From: Candidatus Eiseniibacteriota bacterium
Lineage (GTDB): Bacteria > Eisenbacteria > RBG-16-71-46 > JABDJR01
DNA: 64,000 nt
NCBI GenBank assembly: GCA_963783375.1
Contig: CAWANH010000022.1
Location: 1-64,000 of the forward strand
Direction of reading: 5' to 3'
This document shows positions 1 through 9,488 of the stretch, in pieces (the first letter of the stretch is position 1; each line of letters begins with the position of its first letter). A model generated the notes under the pieces. The model searched no databases. It was not told the DNA's origin and worked only from the letters and a program-made list of their open reading frames with translations. A program made the position numbers and the translations under genes.

Positions 1-58
1 ATGGCGGGTCGGGGTGTACCGGGGGTCCGGGGGTGAACTCAGCCGGTGGGCGACGCGG

Positions 59-78
59 CGGTGTACCCGGGTGTTCGG
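59..78 (+). repeat. Motif copy (CGGTGTACCCGGGTGTTCGG) upstream of the HNH gene
   Basis: 59-77 is an exact 19-bp match to 1231-1249; 60-78 matches the reverse complement of 1931-1949 at 18/19; a degenerate copy lies at 13-30. Confidence 0.8.
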
Positions 79-186
79 GGACGCTCCCGGCTGAAGCGGG
101 GCGTCCGGCGAGTCATCACGTGTGATCGTCCGGGGAACTCCGTGCCGATGGTTCGCATCAAAAGTGCGGGTTCTACGTTTTTTTGG

Positions 187-215
187 TTGACATATCGATG
201 ACGACCAATCATACT
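187..215 (+). promoter_or_regulatory. Sigma70-type promoter of the HNH gene
   Basis: TTGACA(187-192), 17 bp, CATACT(210-215); T-tract upstream; GGAAGGA RBS before ATG at 265. Confidence 0.65.
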
Positions 216-264
216 TCTGGTATCGACCTTCCCCGTCCAACCTCCTCTCCGGGAAGGACGCATC

Positions 265-1188
265 ATGCCGGTTTACGAGCCCAACCTGCCCGCGCGGCAG
301 GTTCACGGCCGCTTCTCGCGCACGCTCCACGAAGCCGAGGCCGTCCGGAGGAATCTGGTTCTCTGGTTCGCCGACCTCTACCGGCGGAAGCTCTACCTGG
401 AACTCGGCTACACCTCCGTCTTCGCCTACACCGCCGAGCGCCACGGCTTCTCCAAGAGCCGGTGCGTGCAGTTCATCCGCCTGGCCGAGTCCTTGAAGCG
501 GCTCCCCGCGCTCCACGAGTCCCTGGCCGCGGGGGAGATGCCCTGGACCAAGGCGCGGGAGGTGGTGAAGGTGGCGACTCCCGAGACCGAACGCGCGTGG
601 GTCGACGAGGCGAAGCGTTCGAGCCGGCGCGCGCTGGAGCGGAAGATCGCCGTGGCCCGGGGGCGGGTGAAGGAGAGCCGAGGTCCCACGCGCGGCCAGG
701 AGAGCCTGGCGCTGGCGGCGGCGGAGGCGGTGGGGCGGGACCGGGGTTCGGCGGACGAGAACGGCGCTGCGCGTGCGTTACCAGGCGGCGCCGGCACCCC
801 CGCGGTGGAGGGTGCGGGGGAGACGGAGGACGGAAAGCGCCCGAATACCGGTGGCCGGGGGGAAACCGGGGAGGGTCGACGGGCCGCGCTGGTCCACGAG
901 ATCCCCGAGGAGGTCCGTCTTCGCTTCCCCGCGCTCCGGTACGCGGAGTACGGGGCGCTGGTGGAGAAGCTACGCAAGCAGGGATGGAAGGGCCCGGTGG
1001 AGGACCTGATCGTGGCCGGGTTGGCTGCGCTGGCCGGGGAGGGTCGTACCCCGGGGGCGGGAGTGAAGACTTCCGCCGTCTCGGAGTCGAACGTGAAGGC
1101 GTCTTCGGTCGGTGCGGGTGCGGAGGGGAGCGCCGTCCCACGGCCCGGCTCGAACGCGCCATGGGTAGGGGCGCGACCCCGCAGATGA
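265..1188 (+). CDS. DUF222-like N-terminal part of an HNH endonuclease gene (ends at an in-frame TGA)
   Basis: RRKLYLELGYTSVFAY...LAESLKRLPALHESLAAGEMPWTKAREV resembles the helical N-terminus of DUF222/HNH proteins; same frame as the downstream HNH ORF. Confidence 0.7.
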   Translation: MPVYEPNLPARQVHGRFSRTLHEAEAVRRNLVLWFADLYRRKLYLELGYTSVFAYTAERHGFSKSRCVQFIRLAESLKRLPALHESLAAGEMPWTKAREVVKVATPETERAWVDEAKRSSRRALERKIAVARGRVKESRGPTRGQESLALAAAEAVGRDRGSADENGAARALPGGAGTPAVEGAGETEDGKRPNTGGRGETGEGRRAALVHEIPEEVRLRFPALRYAEYGALVEKLRKQGWKGPVEDLIVAGLAALAGEGRTPGAGVKTSAVSESNVKASSVGAGAEGSAVPRPGSNAPWVGARPRR

Positions 1189-1230
1189 GAACCGGCCTGC
1201 TGCGGTCGCTGGCGTGGAGGATCCTCCGCC

Positions 1231-1249
1231 CGGTGTACCCGGGTGTTCG
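1231..1249 (+). repeat. Motif copy inside the HNH reading frame (encodes RCTRVF)
   Basis: CGGTGTACCCGGGTGTTCG, identical to 59-77. Confidence 0.8.
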
Positions 1250-1686
1250 CGAGCACTCCGTACCAGGTGGTGATCCGGCGCTGCGAGGACTGCGGGAGAG
1301 GGGAGGTTCTGACCGGGCGCGGACCGAAGCCGCTCCATCCGGCCGAGCTGGCGACGCTCCTCTGCGATGCCCGGGTCCACCGCCGGGGAGCGAAGAACCG
1401 GGCGGTGATCCCGCCGGCCCTGCGCCGCAGGGTTCTGGAACGGGACGGCCATCGCTGCCGGGTCGCCGGGTGCGGAAGCGGCCGGTTCCTCTCCGTGCAC
1501 CATCGCAAGCCCCGCTCGGCCGGGGGGACGAACACGCCCGGGAACCTGGTGACCCTCTGCGCGAGCTGCCATCGGGCGATCCACGAGATGGGGGAACGCA
1601 CCGGCCGGGAACTTCCGGGTCGGATGTTGAGGGCGCCCGCTCCGGTGATTCCCGAGGGTACTCAGACCCCCTCGGGCCCCGAATGA
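1243..1686 (+). CDS. HNH endonuclease C-terminal domain (probably the 3' part of the gene starting at 265)
   Basis: IPPALRRRVLERDGHRCRVAGC...VHHRKPRSAGGTNTPGNLVTLCASCHRAIH: HNH with Cys pairs; extra CEDC upstream. Confidence 0.85.
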   Translation: MFASTPYQVVIRRCEDCGRGEVLTGRGPKPLHPAELATLLCDARVHRRGAKNRAVIPPALRRRVLERDGHRCRVAGCGSGRFLSVHHRKPRSAGGTNTPGNLVTLCASCHRAIHEMGERTGRELPGRMLRAPAPVIPEGTQTPSGPE

Positions 1687-1849
1687 CCCTGGGCGGGAGG
1701 AGTCCATCCGCGGGTCCACCGCCCGGCCGGGCGCGGCGGGGGAGGATCAACGGCCCTCGGTCCGGCCCGGCGTCGTGGCCGCCGGGCGGCTGTCCGCGAC
1801 ATCGCCGGGTGCCGGCCCGCCACCGCCGTTCTTGCCGCCCCGTCGCACC

Positions 1850-1922
1850 GGCGCACGCATCCCGCCGGCGCACGGCGCACGCATCCGGCGCACCCGTCTC
1901 CCCCGGCACCCGTTCTCCCCGG
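1850..1922. repeat. Short tandem repeats
   Basis: GGCGCAC x4 (1850, 1867, 1874, 1887), then CACCCGTCTCCCCCGG / CACCCGTTCTCCCCGG (1891-1922). Confidence 0.6.
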
Positions 1923-1930
1923 AGACTCGG

Positions 1931-1949
1931 CCGAACCCCCGGGTACACC
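1931..1949 (-). repeat. Inverted motif copy downstream of the HNH gene
   Basis: Reverse complement GGTGTACCCGGGGGTTCGG matches 60-78 at 18/19. Confidence 0.75.
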
Positions 1950-1958
1950 TCCCCCCTC

Positions 1959-3107
1959 CTACCCCCGCGTGCGCTTGAACCGGTAGGTGGCCACCCAGAG
2001 GATGCCGGCCGCCATCACCGCCAGGGCCAGGATCTCCGGCCAGAGCACCGAGGCCCCCGCGCCCTTGAGGAAGATCCCCCGGACGATCACCAGGTAGTGG
2101 CGCATGGGGTTGATCAGGGTAAGCCACTGGAAGAGCCGGGGCATGCTGCTCACCGGGAACATGAATCCGGAGAGGAGAATCGTGGGCATGAAGAAGAGGA
2201 AGCTGGTCATGAACGCTTCGCGCTGGGTGCCGGCCAGGGTCGAGATGAAGAGGCCGATCCCGAGCCCGCACAGCAGATACAGGATGCTCGTCCCCAGGTA
2301 GAGCAGCACGCTGCCCTCGAACGGGACCTTGAACCAGAGGAGCGCCACCGCGCTCACCAGGGTGAGATCCAGGAGCCCGATCAAGGCGAAGGGAATGGTC
2401 TTTCCCGCGATCAGCTCCCCCGAAGTGAGAGGGCTCACCTGGAGCTGTTCGAGGGTGCCGATCTCCCGCTCCCGCACCACGGCCAGGGAGGTCAAGAGCA
2501 GGCAGATGAGGAGCACCACCAGCCCCACCACCGCGGGGACGTTGTAGTCGCGGCTCTTGAGGTCCGGGTTGAACCATGCCCGCTCGCGCAGGTCGAGAGG
2601 AAGGACCAGGCTCGCGGTCCGGGTTTTCGCTCCGTAGCTCTGAACGATGCGCTGGGCGTAACCCTGGGCCACGGTGGCGATGTTGGAGTTGGTGCCGTCG
2701 AGGAGGAGCTGTACCACCGCGTCTCCCCGAGCCAGGGACTCGGAGAAGTCGGGGGGAATCTGGATGGCCAGGACCGCCTTCCCATGGTCCAGGGCCCGGG
2801 AGATGTTCGCGGGACGGTCGGAACGGCCCGCCACGGTGAAGTAGCCCGAGGCGGTGAAGGCGTCCACCAACCCCCGGGAAGCCCGGGTGTGGTCCTGGTC
2901 CACCACGTAGGTGGCGGTGCCGCGGATGTCGGTGGAGACCGCGTAGCCGAACACCACGAGCTGGATGATCGGCGCGATGAGGATGAGCCGGGCCAGCCGC
3001 GGATCGCGCCGGATCTGGAGGAACTCCTTCCGTATCATCTCCCGGATGCGCCCCGCCTTCTCACGGGGCCGGGACCGGCGCGCGGACGCCGGGCGTCGAT
3101 CCGCCAT
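1959..3107 (-). CDS. ABC-2 type permease (YbhR-like)
   Basis: KEFLQIRRDPR, VREREIGTLEQLQVSP, LLSGFMFPVSSMP; start MADRR coupled to the upstream stop. Confidence 0.9.
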   Translation of the reverse strand: MADRRPASARRSRPREKAGRIREMIRKEFLQIRRDPRLARLILIAPIIQLVVFGYAVSTDIRGTATYVVDQDHTRASRGLVDAFTASGYFTVAGRSDRPANISRALDHGKAVLAIQIPPDFSESLARGDAVVQLLLDGTNSNIATVAQGYAQRIVQSYGAKTRTASLVLPLDLRERAWFNPDLKSRDYNVPAVVGLVVLLICLLLTSLAVVREREIGTLEQLQVSPLTSGELIAGKTIPFALIGLLDLTLVSAVALLWFKVPFEGSVLLYLGTSILYLLCGLGIGLFISTLAGTQREAFMTSFLFFMPTILLSGFMFPVSSMPRLFQWLTLINPMRHYLVIVRGIFLKGAGASVLWPEILALAVMAAGILWVATYRFKRTRG

Positions 3108-4222
3108 CACACGATCTCCTTCTTGAACACCCGCACCGCCAGGGCCAGTCCCACGACCGCGTAGACGATCATCAGGAGCCCCTGGACGTGGAGCACGGGT
3201 ATCCCCACCCCCTTGAGGAAGATCCCCCGGGTGACCACCAGGAAGTAGCGGGCGGGGACGAGCAGGGTGACGGCCTGCAGGGGCTTCGGCATCACCGAGA
3301 TGGCGAACATGAAGCCCGAGAGCAGGAACGCGGGAAGAAAGGTGCCCACCATGGCCAGCTGGGTGGCCAGGAGCTGGTTCCGGGCCAGGGCGGAGATGAA
3401 GAGGCCGAGTCCCAGGGAGCCGGTGAGGAAGGCCAGCGAGAGAACGGCCAGGAGGAGCGGGTTTCCCCGGAAGGGAACGCCGAAGAGCGCCACCCCGAGA
3501 ACGGAGGAGAGGGCCACGTCGATCATGCCGATGGCCAGGTAGGGGAGGAGCTTGCCCACCACCACCTCCAGCCGGGTGACCGGGGTGGCTACCAGCTGCT
3601 CCATGGTGCCGCGTTCCCACTCACCGGCGATGGTGAGCGAGGTGAGCATGGCCGCGATGATCATCATGATCACCGCCACCAGGCCGGGCACGATCATGTT
3701 CCGGCTCGACAGCTCCTCGTTGTACCAGACCCGGGTGGCCGCGGTGAGGGGAAGCTTCACGTCGCGTTTCTCCAGCAGGATCTTCGCCGAGTAGCGCTGG
3801 GCGATGGCCTCGGTGTATCCGATGGCGATGGAGGCGGTGTTGGCGTCGCTCCCGTCCATGAGGGCCTGGACGGGGGCCGACCGCCCCGAGGCCACGTCGT
3901 CGGCGAATCCCTCGGGGATGACCAGCACCAGGAGCGCGTCCCCCGAGACCAGAAGACGGTCCACGTCGCGGTCCCGCTCGATCCGTTCCTTGAGGGTGAA
4001 ATAGTGCGAGGCCAAGAACGCGTCCACCAGCTCGCGCGAAGCCTCGCTCCGGTCGTGGTCGAGCACGGCCATGGGGATGTTGTTCACGTCCCAGGTGATG
4101 GCGTACCCGAAGATGAGAAGGAGCAATACCGGGAGGAGGAAGGCCAGGATCAGGCTTCGCCAGTCGCGGCGGAGCTGAATGGTTTCCTTGCGGGCCATGG
4201 CGAAGAGACGGGTGCGGTTCAT
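3107..4222 (-). CDS. ABC-2 type permease (YbhS-like)
   Basis: [30 protein letters not shown]; multiple TM segments. Confidence 0.92.
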   Translation of the reverse strand: MNRTRLFAMARKETIQLRRDWRSLILAFLLPVLLLLIFGYAITWDVNNIPMAVLDHDRSEASRELVDAFLASHYFTLKERIERDRDVDRLLVSGDALLVLVIPEGFADDVASGRSAPVQALMDGSDANTASIAIGYTEAIAQRYSAKILLEKRDVKLPLTAATRVWYNEELSSRNMIVPGLVAVIMMIIAAMLTSLTIAGEWERGTMEQLVATPVTRLEVVVGKLLPYLAIGMIDVALSSVLGVALFGVPFRGNPLLLAVLSLAFLTGSLGLGLFISALARNQLLATQLAMVGTFLPAFLLSGFMFAISVMPKPLQAVTLLVPARYFLVVTRGIFLKGVGIPVLHVQGLLMIVYAVVGLALAVRVFKKEIV

Positions 4223-4228
4223 GACCGG

Positions 4229-5207
4229 TCAGTCCTCCCGGGCTCCGCCCTGCTCCATGACCAGGGCGATGAAGACGTCTTCGAGGGACGGCGATACGGG
4301 TTCGAGCCCGTCCACCGCGATCTCCTTCCCGGCCAGCAGCGGAGGAATGCTCGACCGGGCCTCCTCCAGGTTCTCGACGATGGCGTGGACGTGGCGCCCG
4401 AACATCCCCGCCTGGAGGACGCCGGGGGCTCCGACCAGGGCTTCCACCGCGCGAACGCTGTCCCCGGTGCGGATCTCGATCACCGGCCGCTGCATGGTCT
4501 CCCGGAGCCGGCGCGGGGTGTCGAGCGCGATGAGCTTTCCCCGGTTCATGAGGGCCAGGCGGTGGCAGTACTCCGCCTCCTCCATGTAGTGGGTGCTCAC
4601 GAACACCGTGGTCCCCTCGGCGGCCAGGGCGTAGATGAGGTCCCAGAAGGCCTGGCGGGAGAGGGGGTCCACCCCCGAGGTCGGCTCGTCCAGGAAGAGG
4701 ACCGGGGGTTCGTGGATGACCGCGCACCCCAGGGCCAGGCGCTGCTTCCACCCAAGCGGGAGTTCCCCGGTCAGCCGGCGGCGCCGGTCGGCGAGTCCCG
4801 CCATCTGAAGCACCCAGTCCCGCCGCTCCTTGCGCCTGGATTCCGGCACCCCGTAGAGCCCGGTGAAGAACGCGATGTTCTCCTCCACGGTGAGATCGGC
4901 GTAGAGCGAGAAGAGCTGGGACATGTAGCCGATGTTCCGCTTGATGTCCTCGCGTCCGGGTGGCCACGTCGAAGCCGGCCACCGTGCCCCGGCCCTCGGT
5001 GGGGGCGATGAGCCCGGCCAGCATCTTGATGGTGGTGGTCTTTCCCGCGCCGTTGGGTCCCAGGAATCCGAACACCTCCCCCTCGGCCACGTCGAAGGTC
5101 ACCGCGTCCACCGCGGTGAAGGCGCCGAAACGCTTGGTGAGCCGGTCCACGCTGACCGCCACCGCCGGTTCCGTGGCGGCGCGTCCGTGGTCGCGTTGCC
5201 GGTTCAC
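4229..5207 (-). pseudogene. ABC ATP-binding protein (YbhF C-half-like), frameshifted near 4951
   Basis: Walker [10 protein letters not shown] in one frame; [22 protein letters not shown] and FLDEPT in another; one extra base in acg-c-gag. May be a sequencing error. Confidence 0.8.
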
Positions 5208-6211
5208 GGCGTCCCTCCCGGGGCTCCCGCGGTCTCCGCCTCGCCGATCCGCTCGATGAAGACGTCCTCCATCCCCGCCGCGATGGGATGCGCGTCGTGA
5301 ACCCGGAATCCCCGGGCCCCGAGGGCCGCCGCGATCTCCCCGGCCGCCTTTCCCGCCGAGCCGGTCACCAGGTGCAGCCGGTCGCCGAAGGCGGCGGCCC
5401 GCGTGACCCCGGGAAGGCCGATGGCGGCTTCCCGGGCCTCGCGCACCCGGTCCACCCGGACCTCGAGCACCCGGTCGGCGAGACCCTCGCGCAGGGTTTC
5501 CGGCGTCTCCACCACCAGGAGCCTCCCCTGGTGGAGGAGGGCCACCCGGTCGAAGCGCTCCGCCTCGTCCATGTAGGCGGTGCTCACGATGACCGTCACC
5601 CCCCGCGCCACCATCTCGTGGACGATCAGCCAGAGGTCGCGGCGGGAGACCGGATCCACCCCGAAGGTGGGCTCGTCCAGGAGCAGGATGGACGGCTCGT
5701 GGATGAGGGCGCAGGAGAGCCCGAGCTTCTGCTTCATGCCGCCGGAGAGCCGCCCGGCCAGCCGGTCCTTGAAGGGGCCCAGGTTCGAGAACCGGAAGAG
5801 CCGCTCCATCCGCGCCGGCCGCTCGCCCTTCGGTACCTGGTAGAGGTCGGCGTAGAACGTGATGTTCTCGATCACGGTGAGGTCCGCATAGAGGCCGAAA
5901 CGCTGGGACATGTAGGCCAGATCGTGCTTCACGCCCTCGGGGTCGGCGGCCACGCTCACCCCGTTCAGGTGCGCGTCCCCGCTCGACGGGGCAAGGACCC
6001 CGGCCAGCATGCGAAGGGTGGTGGTCTTTCCCGCGCCGTCGGGGCCGACCAGGCCGAAGAGTTCGCCCCGGGCCACCTCGAATTTCAGGCCGTCCACCGC
6101 GGTGAGGTCGGCGAAGCGTCGGGTGAGATCCTCCACCCTGACCGCGATCTCCGCGCCGCGGGGTCCGCCCGCCGAGGCCTTGGAGGAGGCGGGCGCCGGG
6201 CCGCGGGTCAC
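5204..6211 (-). CDS. ABC ATP-binding protein (YbhF N-half-like)
   Basis: [24 protein letters not shown]. Confidence 0.93.
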   Translation of the reverse strand: MTRGPAPASSKASAGGPRGAEIAVRVEDLTRRFADLTAVDGLKFEVARGELFGLVGPDGAGKTTTLRMLAGVLAPSSGDAHLNGVSVAADPEGVKHDLAYMSQRFGLYADLTVIENITFYADLYQVPKGERPARMERLFRFSNLGPFKDRLAGRLSGGMKQKLGLSCALIHEPSILLLDEPTFGVDPVSRRDLWLIVHEMVARGVTVIVSTAYMDEAERFDRVALLHQGRLLVVETPETLREGLADRVLEVRVDRVREAREAAIGLPGVTRAAAFGDRLHLVTGSAGKAAGEIAAALGARGFRVHDAHPIAAGMEDVFIERIGEAETAGAPGGTP

Positions 6212-7206
6212 GATCCGCTCTCCCCGAGCGCCACGTCCGCGGGCATTCCCGGCTTGAGATCCCTCCCCGGGTCGCCGGTGATCTGCACCTTCACCATGTA
6301 CACGAGCTTTACCCGCTCCTCGGCGGTCTGGACGTTCTTGGGGGTGAATTCCGCCTCGCTGGCGATGAACTTCACCCGGCCGGGATAGGTCTTCCCGGGA
6401 AAGCTGTCCACGCTGAGGGTCGCGGGCTGGCCGAGGCGCACCCGGCCCACCCGGTTCTCGGGGACGTAGATCCGCACCCAGCGATCCTGCATGTTGGCCA
6501 CGGTGAGGACCGGGGCGCCGGGGGAGACGCTCTCCCCGGGCTCGCGGTGGCGGACGGTGACCACCGCGTCGAAGGGGGCGCGGGCGGTCATGAGAGCCAG
6601 GGCCGCCTCCTGGGTGCGGACGCCGGCCTCCGCGCGCGCCACCTCCGCCCGCTGGGCTTCGATCCGCTCGACCCGAGGCCCCTTCTCCACCAGCATGAGT
6701 TGCTGGGCGGCCGCCTCGGCCTGGCTCTGGGCGACCTCGAGGGCGGTCCGGGCCTGGTCGTGGGTCTCCGGGCTCACCGCCCCGCCCCGGAACAGCGTCT
6801 CGGTCCGCTCCATGTCCTGTTTCGCCTGGTCCAGCCGGTCGGCCGCCGCCTTGGCCGCGGCGCGGGCCCCGGCGATCTCCTCCTTCCGGGAGCCGGCCAG
6901 GAGCTCGGTCAGCATGGCACGGGCCGCGCCGGCCTGGGCGTGGAGCTGGGCGAGCCGGGCGTGGGCCTGGGTGGTGTCGAGGACGGCCAGGGCCCGGCCC
7001 GCGATCACCGAGTCCCCCTCCTGGACCGCGATCGCGCCGACCCGGCCGGGCACTTCGAACCCCAGGCGGGCCTCGGTGGCCTCCACCGTGCCCGAGAAGC
7101 TAAGGGCGCCTTCGGTGTTCCCGCCACAGTTCACGAGCACCAGGATCACGACCACCGCCGCGATCACGATCACCGCCGCCGGTATCATTCGTTGGTTGGG
7201 CTTCAT
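6208..7206 (-). CDS. HlyD/YbhG-type membrane fusion protein
   Basis: N-terminal TM, lipoyl halves, coiled coil, [19 protein letters not shown]. Confidence 0.92.
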   Translation of the reverse strand: MKPNQRMIPAAVIVIAAVVVILVLVNCGGNTEGALSFSGTVEATEARLGFEVPGRVGAIAVQEGDSVIAGRALAVLDTTQAHARLAQLHAQAGAARAMLTELLAGSRKEEIAGARAAAKAAADRLDQAKQDMERTETLFRGGAVSPETHDQARTALEVAQSQAEAAAQQLMLVEKGPRVERIEAQRAEVARAEAGVRTQEAALALMTARAPFDAVVTVRHREPGESVSPGAPVLTVANMQDRWVRIYVPENRVGRVRLGQPATLSVDSFPGKTYPGRVKFIASEAEFTPKNVQTAEERVKLVYMVKVQITGDPGRDLKPGMPADVALGESGS

Positions 7207-8678
7207 CGTTCCGTCTCCAGGTTGTCGGTCAGCCAGTCAGGGGTGAGGGCGCCGGTGAGCCGGGCCAGCTCCACCCGGGTGGTGATCTCGGCCCGGTGGG
7301 CCTCGGCCAGGTCGGCTCGGGCGTTCAACAGATCCGCCTCCGCGCTCAGGAAATCGGTCTGGGTGCCGGTTCCGGCGCGGAGCGCCAGAGCCTCGATCCG
7401 GGCCACCTCGTCGTAGCGGGTCACCGCGGCCTCGAGGCTCGCGGTCCGGGCCGTCGCCTCGCGCACCCGGTCCGCGGCCTGAAGCACCGCGCGCCGGGTG
7501 GTGATCCGCGCCAGGCGAAGCCCCTCCTCGGCCTGGGTCCGGCCCGCCGCAGCCTTCCGGATCGTTCCGGAGAGCTCCCCCCCGGTGAAGAGCGGCTGGG
7601 TCACCTGGACCGCGGCGTTCCACTCGTTGCTGGAGTTCCCGTCGGGATCGCTCCAGACCTGGTAGCCGCCGGCGAGCTCCAGCCGGGGAAGCCTCGTCGC
7701 CTTGGCCGCCCCCGACGCGGCCCGGGCGGCGGCGGCGTTTCGCTCCGCCTCGCGGACGTCGGGGCTCGCGCGGAAGGCGCGGGCCACCAGGCTGTCCCCC
7801 GGAGCCAGGAGGGTGTCGGCGAGGGCGAGCCCGGCGAGGTTCGCGGCCCGGGTCTCCTCCTGGGGGATCCCGGTGAGGCCGGTGAGGTCGCGCTCGGAGC
7901 GGCCGAGATCGCCGGCGAGCTGGACCCGCTTCGCCTCGGCGGCGGAGAGGGCGGCCTCCACCCGGAGGCTCTCGACCTTGGCCGCGCGCCCGACCTGCCG
8001 GAACTGAAGCACCCGGCCCCGTTCCGCGCGGAGCGCCTCCAGGCGCCGGTCGTGGGCGTCGAGGGCTTCGCGATGGGAGAGAACCTCCAGGTACTTGGCG
8101 GTGACCTGGGCGATGATCTCGCTCTCGGACCCGTCGAGGGCGGCGCGCGAGGCCTCGGCGGCCCGGTGCGCCCGGCGCACCCGGTTCACCCGCCCCCCGC
8201 CGTCGAAGAGGGTGTAGTTGAGATAGGCCCCGCCCTGGAGCACGGTGCGGTTGAAGGGGGGGAAGGAGCCGGGGGTGAAGGAGTGGATGGGGTAGACGAA
8301 CGTCGGTTTCTGATATCGCGAGACCGAGCCGCGGAGGCTCAGGTCGGGGATCCAGGCTCCGCGCTCCCGGGTCACATCGGCTTCCGCGCCTTCCACCCCG
8401 GCCCGCGCGCTTCGCACGGTGGGAAAGAAGCCCAGCGCGCGCGCCACCGCTTCGTTCAAGGTCAGACCCCCACCGGGCGGCGCCTCGGTCCGCATCGCCG
8501 GCGGGACCGGCGGGGTCGGGACCGGTGCGGTGTCCGGGACGGGGGAGGCCGGCGCGGATAGAACGGAGTCATCGGGCGCGGGCGCGGCGGCGGTGCCCGC
8601 CGAGGCCGGCGGCGCCCCCGCGAGCAAGGCAGTCAGGAAAGCGAGGGGGATCGCCCCCCGCGAGAGTCGCGCGGTCAT
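7203..8678 (-). CDS. TolC family outer membrane efflux protein
   Basis: Signal peptide, YTLFDGG and QPLFTGG repeats; RBS GGAGG, ATG overlapping the TetR stop. Confidence 0.88.
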   Translation of the reverse strand: MTARLSRGAIPLAFLTALLAGAPPASAGTAAAPAPDDSVLSAPASPVPDTAPVPTPPVPPAMRTEAPPGGGLTLNEAVARALGFFPTVRSARAGVEGAEADVTRERGAWIPDLSLRGSVSRYQKPTFVYPIHSFTPGSFPPFNRTVLQGGAYLNYTLFDGGGRVNRVRRAHRAAEASRAALDGSESEIIAQVTAKYLEVLSHREALDAHDRRLEALRAERGRVLQFRQVGRAAKVESLRVEAALSAAEAKRVQLAGDLGRSERDLTGLTGIPQEETRAANLAGLALADTLLAPGDSLVARAFRASPDVREAERNAAAARAASGAAKATRLPRLELAGGYQVWSDPDGNSSNEWNAAVQVTQPLFTGGELSGTIRKAAAGRTQAEEGLRLARITTRRAVLQAADRVREATARTASLEAAVTRYDEVARIEALALRAGTGTQTDFLSAEADLLNARADLAEAHRAEITTRVELARLTGALTPDWLTDNLETER

Positions 8679-9310
8679 GAGTTCCTCCCGGGAGCGGCCG
8701 GTCCGGAATTGCTCCGGGCCAGGCTCCGGCGAATGAAAGCGCACACGTGGTCGGCGGTTTCCGCCGGGGTGGGGCGGAGCCCCTCGAGGCCGGGAGTGCG
8801 TTCCCGGGGCAGGCGGGTCACCGCGAAGAAGAACGGCTGGGCGATGAGGCTTGCGGCCATGAGGGCGGGGCGGCCGGGGACGATGGATCCATCGGCCTGC
8901 CCCTCGGCCGCCAGGCTGGCCAGGGTCCCGGTGGCGTGGCTCACCCAGTCACGGACCGGCTCGGGGAGCGGCCCCCCCCGCGAGACCTCGTGCATGATGA
9001 GCGAAGGGATGTCGGGGTTCTCGTCGAAGTGGGCGACCAGCGCCCGCACCGCGCCCTCGATCCGGTCCAGCACCGGCCCCGGCCCGGCCGCCCCCTGGTC
9101 GAAGCGGGCCCGCATGGGGATGAGGAACGAGCGCAGCACCGCCTCGTAGAGGGCCTGCTTGGATCCGAAGTGGTAGGTCACCGCCCCCAGGTTCACCCCG
9201 GCCCGGCCGGTCACGTCCCGGATGGACGTGCCCTCGAACCCGTTCCGGGCGAAGAGCGTCCGGGCGACGTCGAGGATCCGCTGCTGGGTGGTGGTCTGCG
9301 CCTCATTCAT
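8675..9310 (-). CDS. TetR/AcrR family regulator (CecR-like)
   Basis: RILDVARTLFARNGFEGTSIRDVTGRAGVNLGAVTYHFGSKQALY helix-turn-helix. Confidence 0.92.
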   Translation of the reverse strand: MNEAQTTTQQRILDVARTLFARNGFEGTSIRDVTGRAGVNLGAVTYHFGSKQALYEAVLRSFLIPMRARFDQGAAGPGPVLDRIEGAVRALVAHFDENPDIPSLIMHEVSRGGPLPEPVRDWVSHATGTLASLAAEGQADGSIVPGRPALMAASLIAQPFFFAVTRLPRERTPGLEGLRPTPAETADHVCAFIRRSLARSNSGPAAPGRNS

Positions 9311-9346
9311 ACGTTTGTATGATACGCGGATCGACCCGGATGTCAT
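9307..9346 (-). promoter_or_regulatory. TetR promoter (probably leaderless) with operator palindrome over the start codon
   Basis: Minus strand ATGACA, 16 bp, TATCAT, 8 nt, ATG; inverted repeat TCATAC-N4-GTATGA at 9307-9322; A-tract upstream. Confidence 0.6.
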
Positions 9347-9488
9347 TCCGTTTTTTTTGAGGTTCTCCCAAGCGCCGACGCGACAAGAGCTTGCGTTGAC
9401 GGCGCCGGTGCGGCAATCTAGCCGGGCCGGGTTGGGGCCGGGCTCCGCGTCCGCCCCCCGAGGCTCCGGCGAGGACTCAGGAGACCCC

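Noticed and set aside
13-1949. CRISPR array, or IscB/Cas9/TnpB identity for the HNH locus
   Set aside because: Repeats are few, irregularly spaced and in mixed orientation; no RuvC motifs or cas genes
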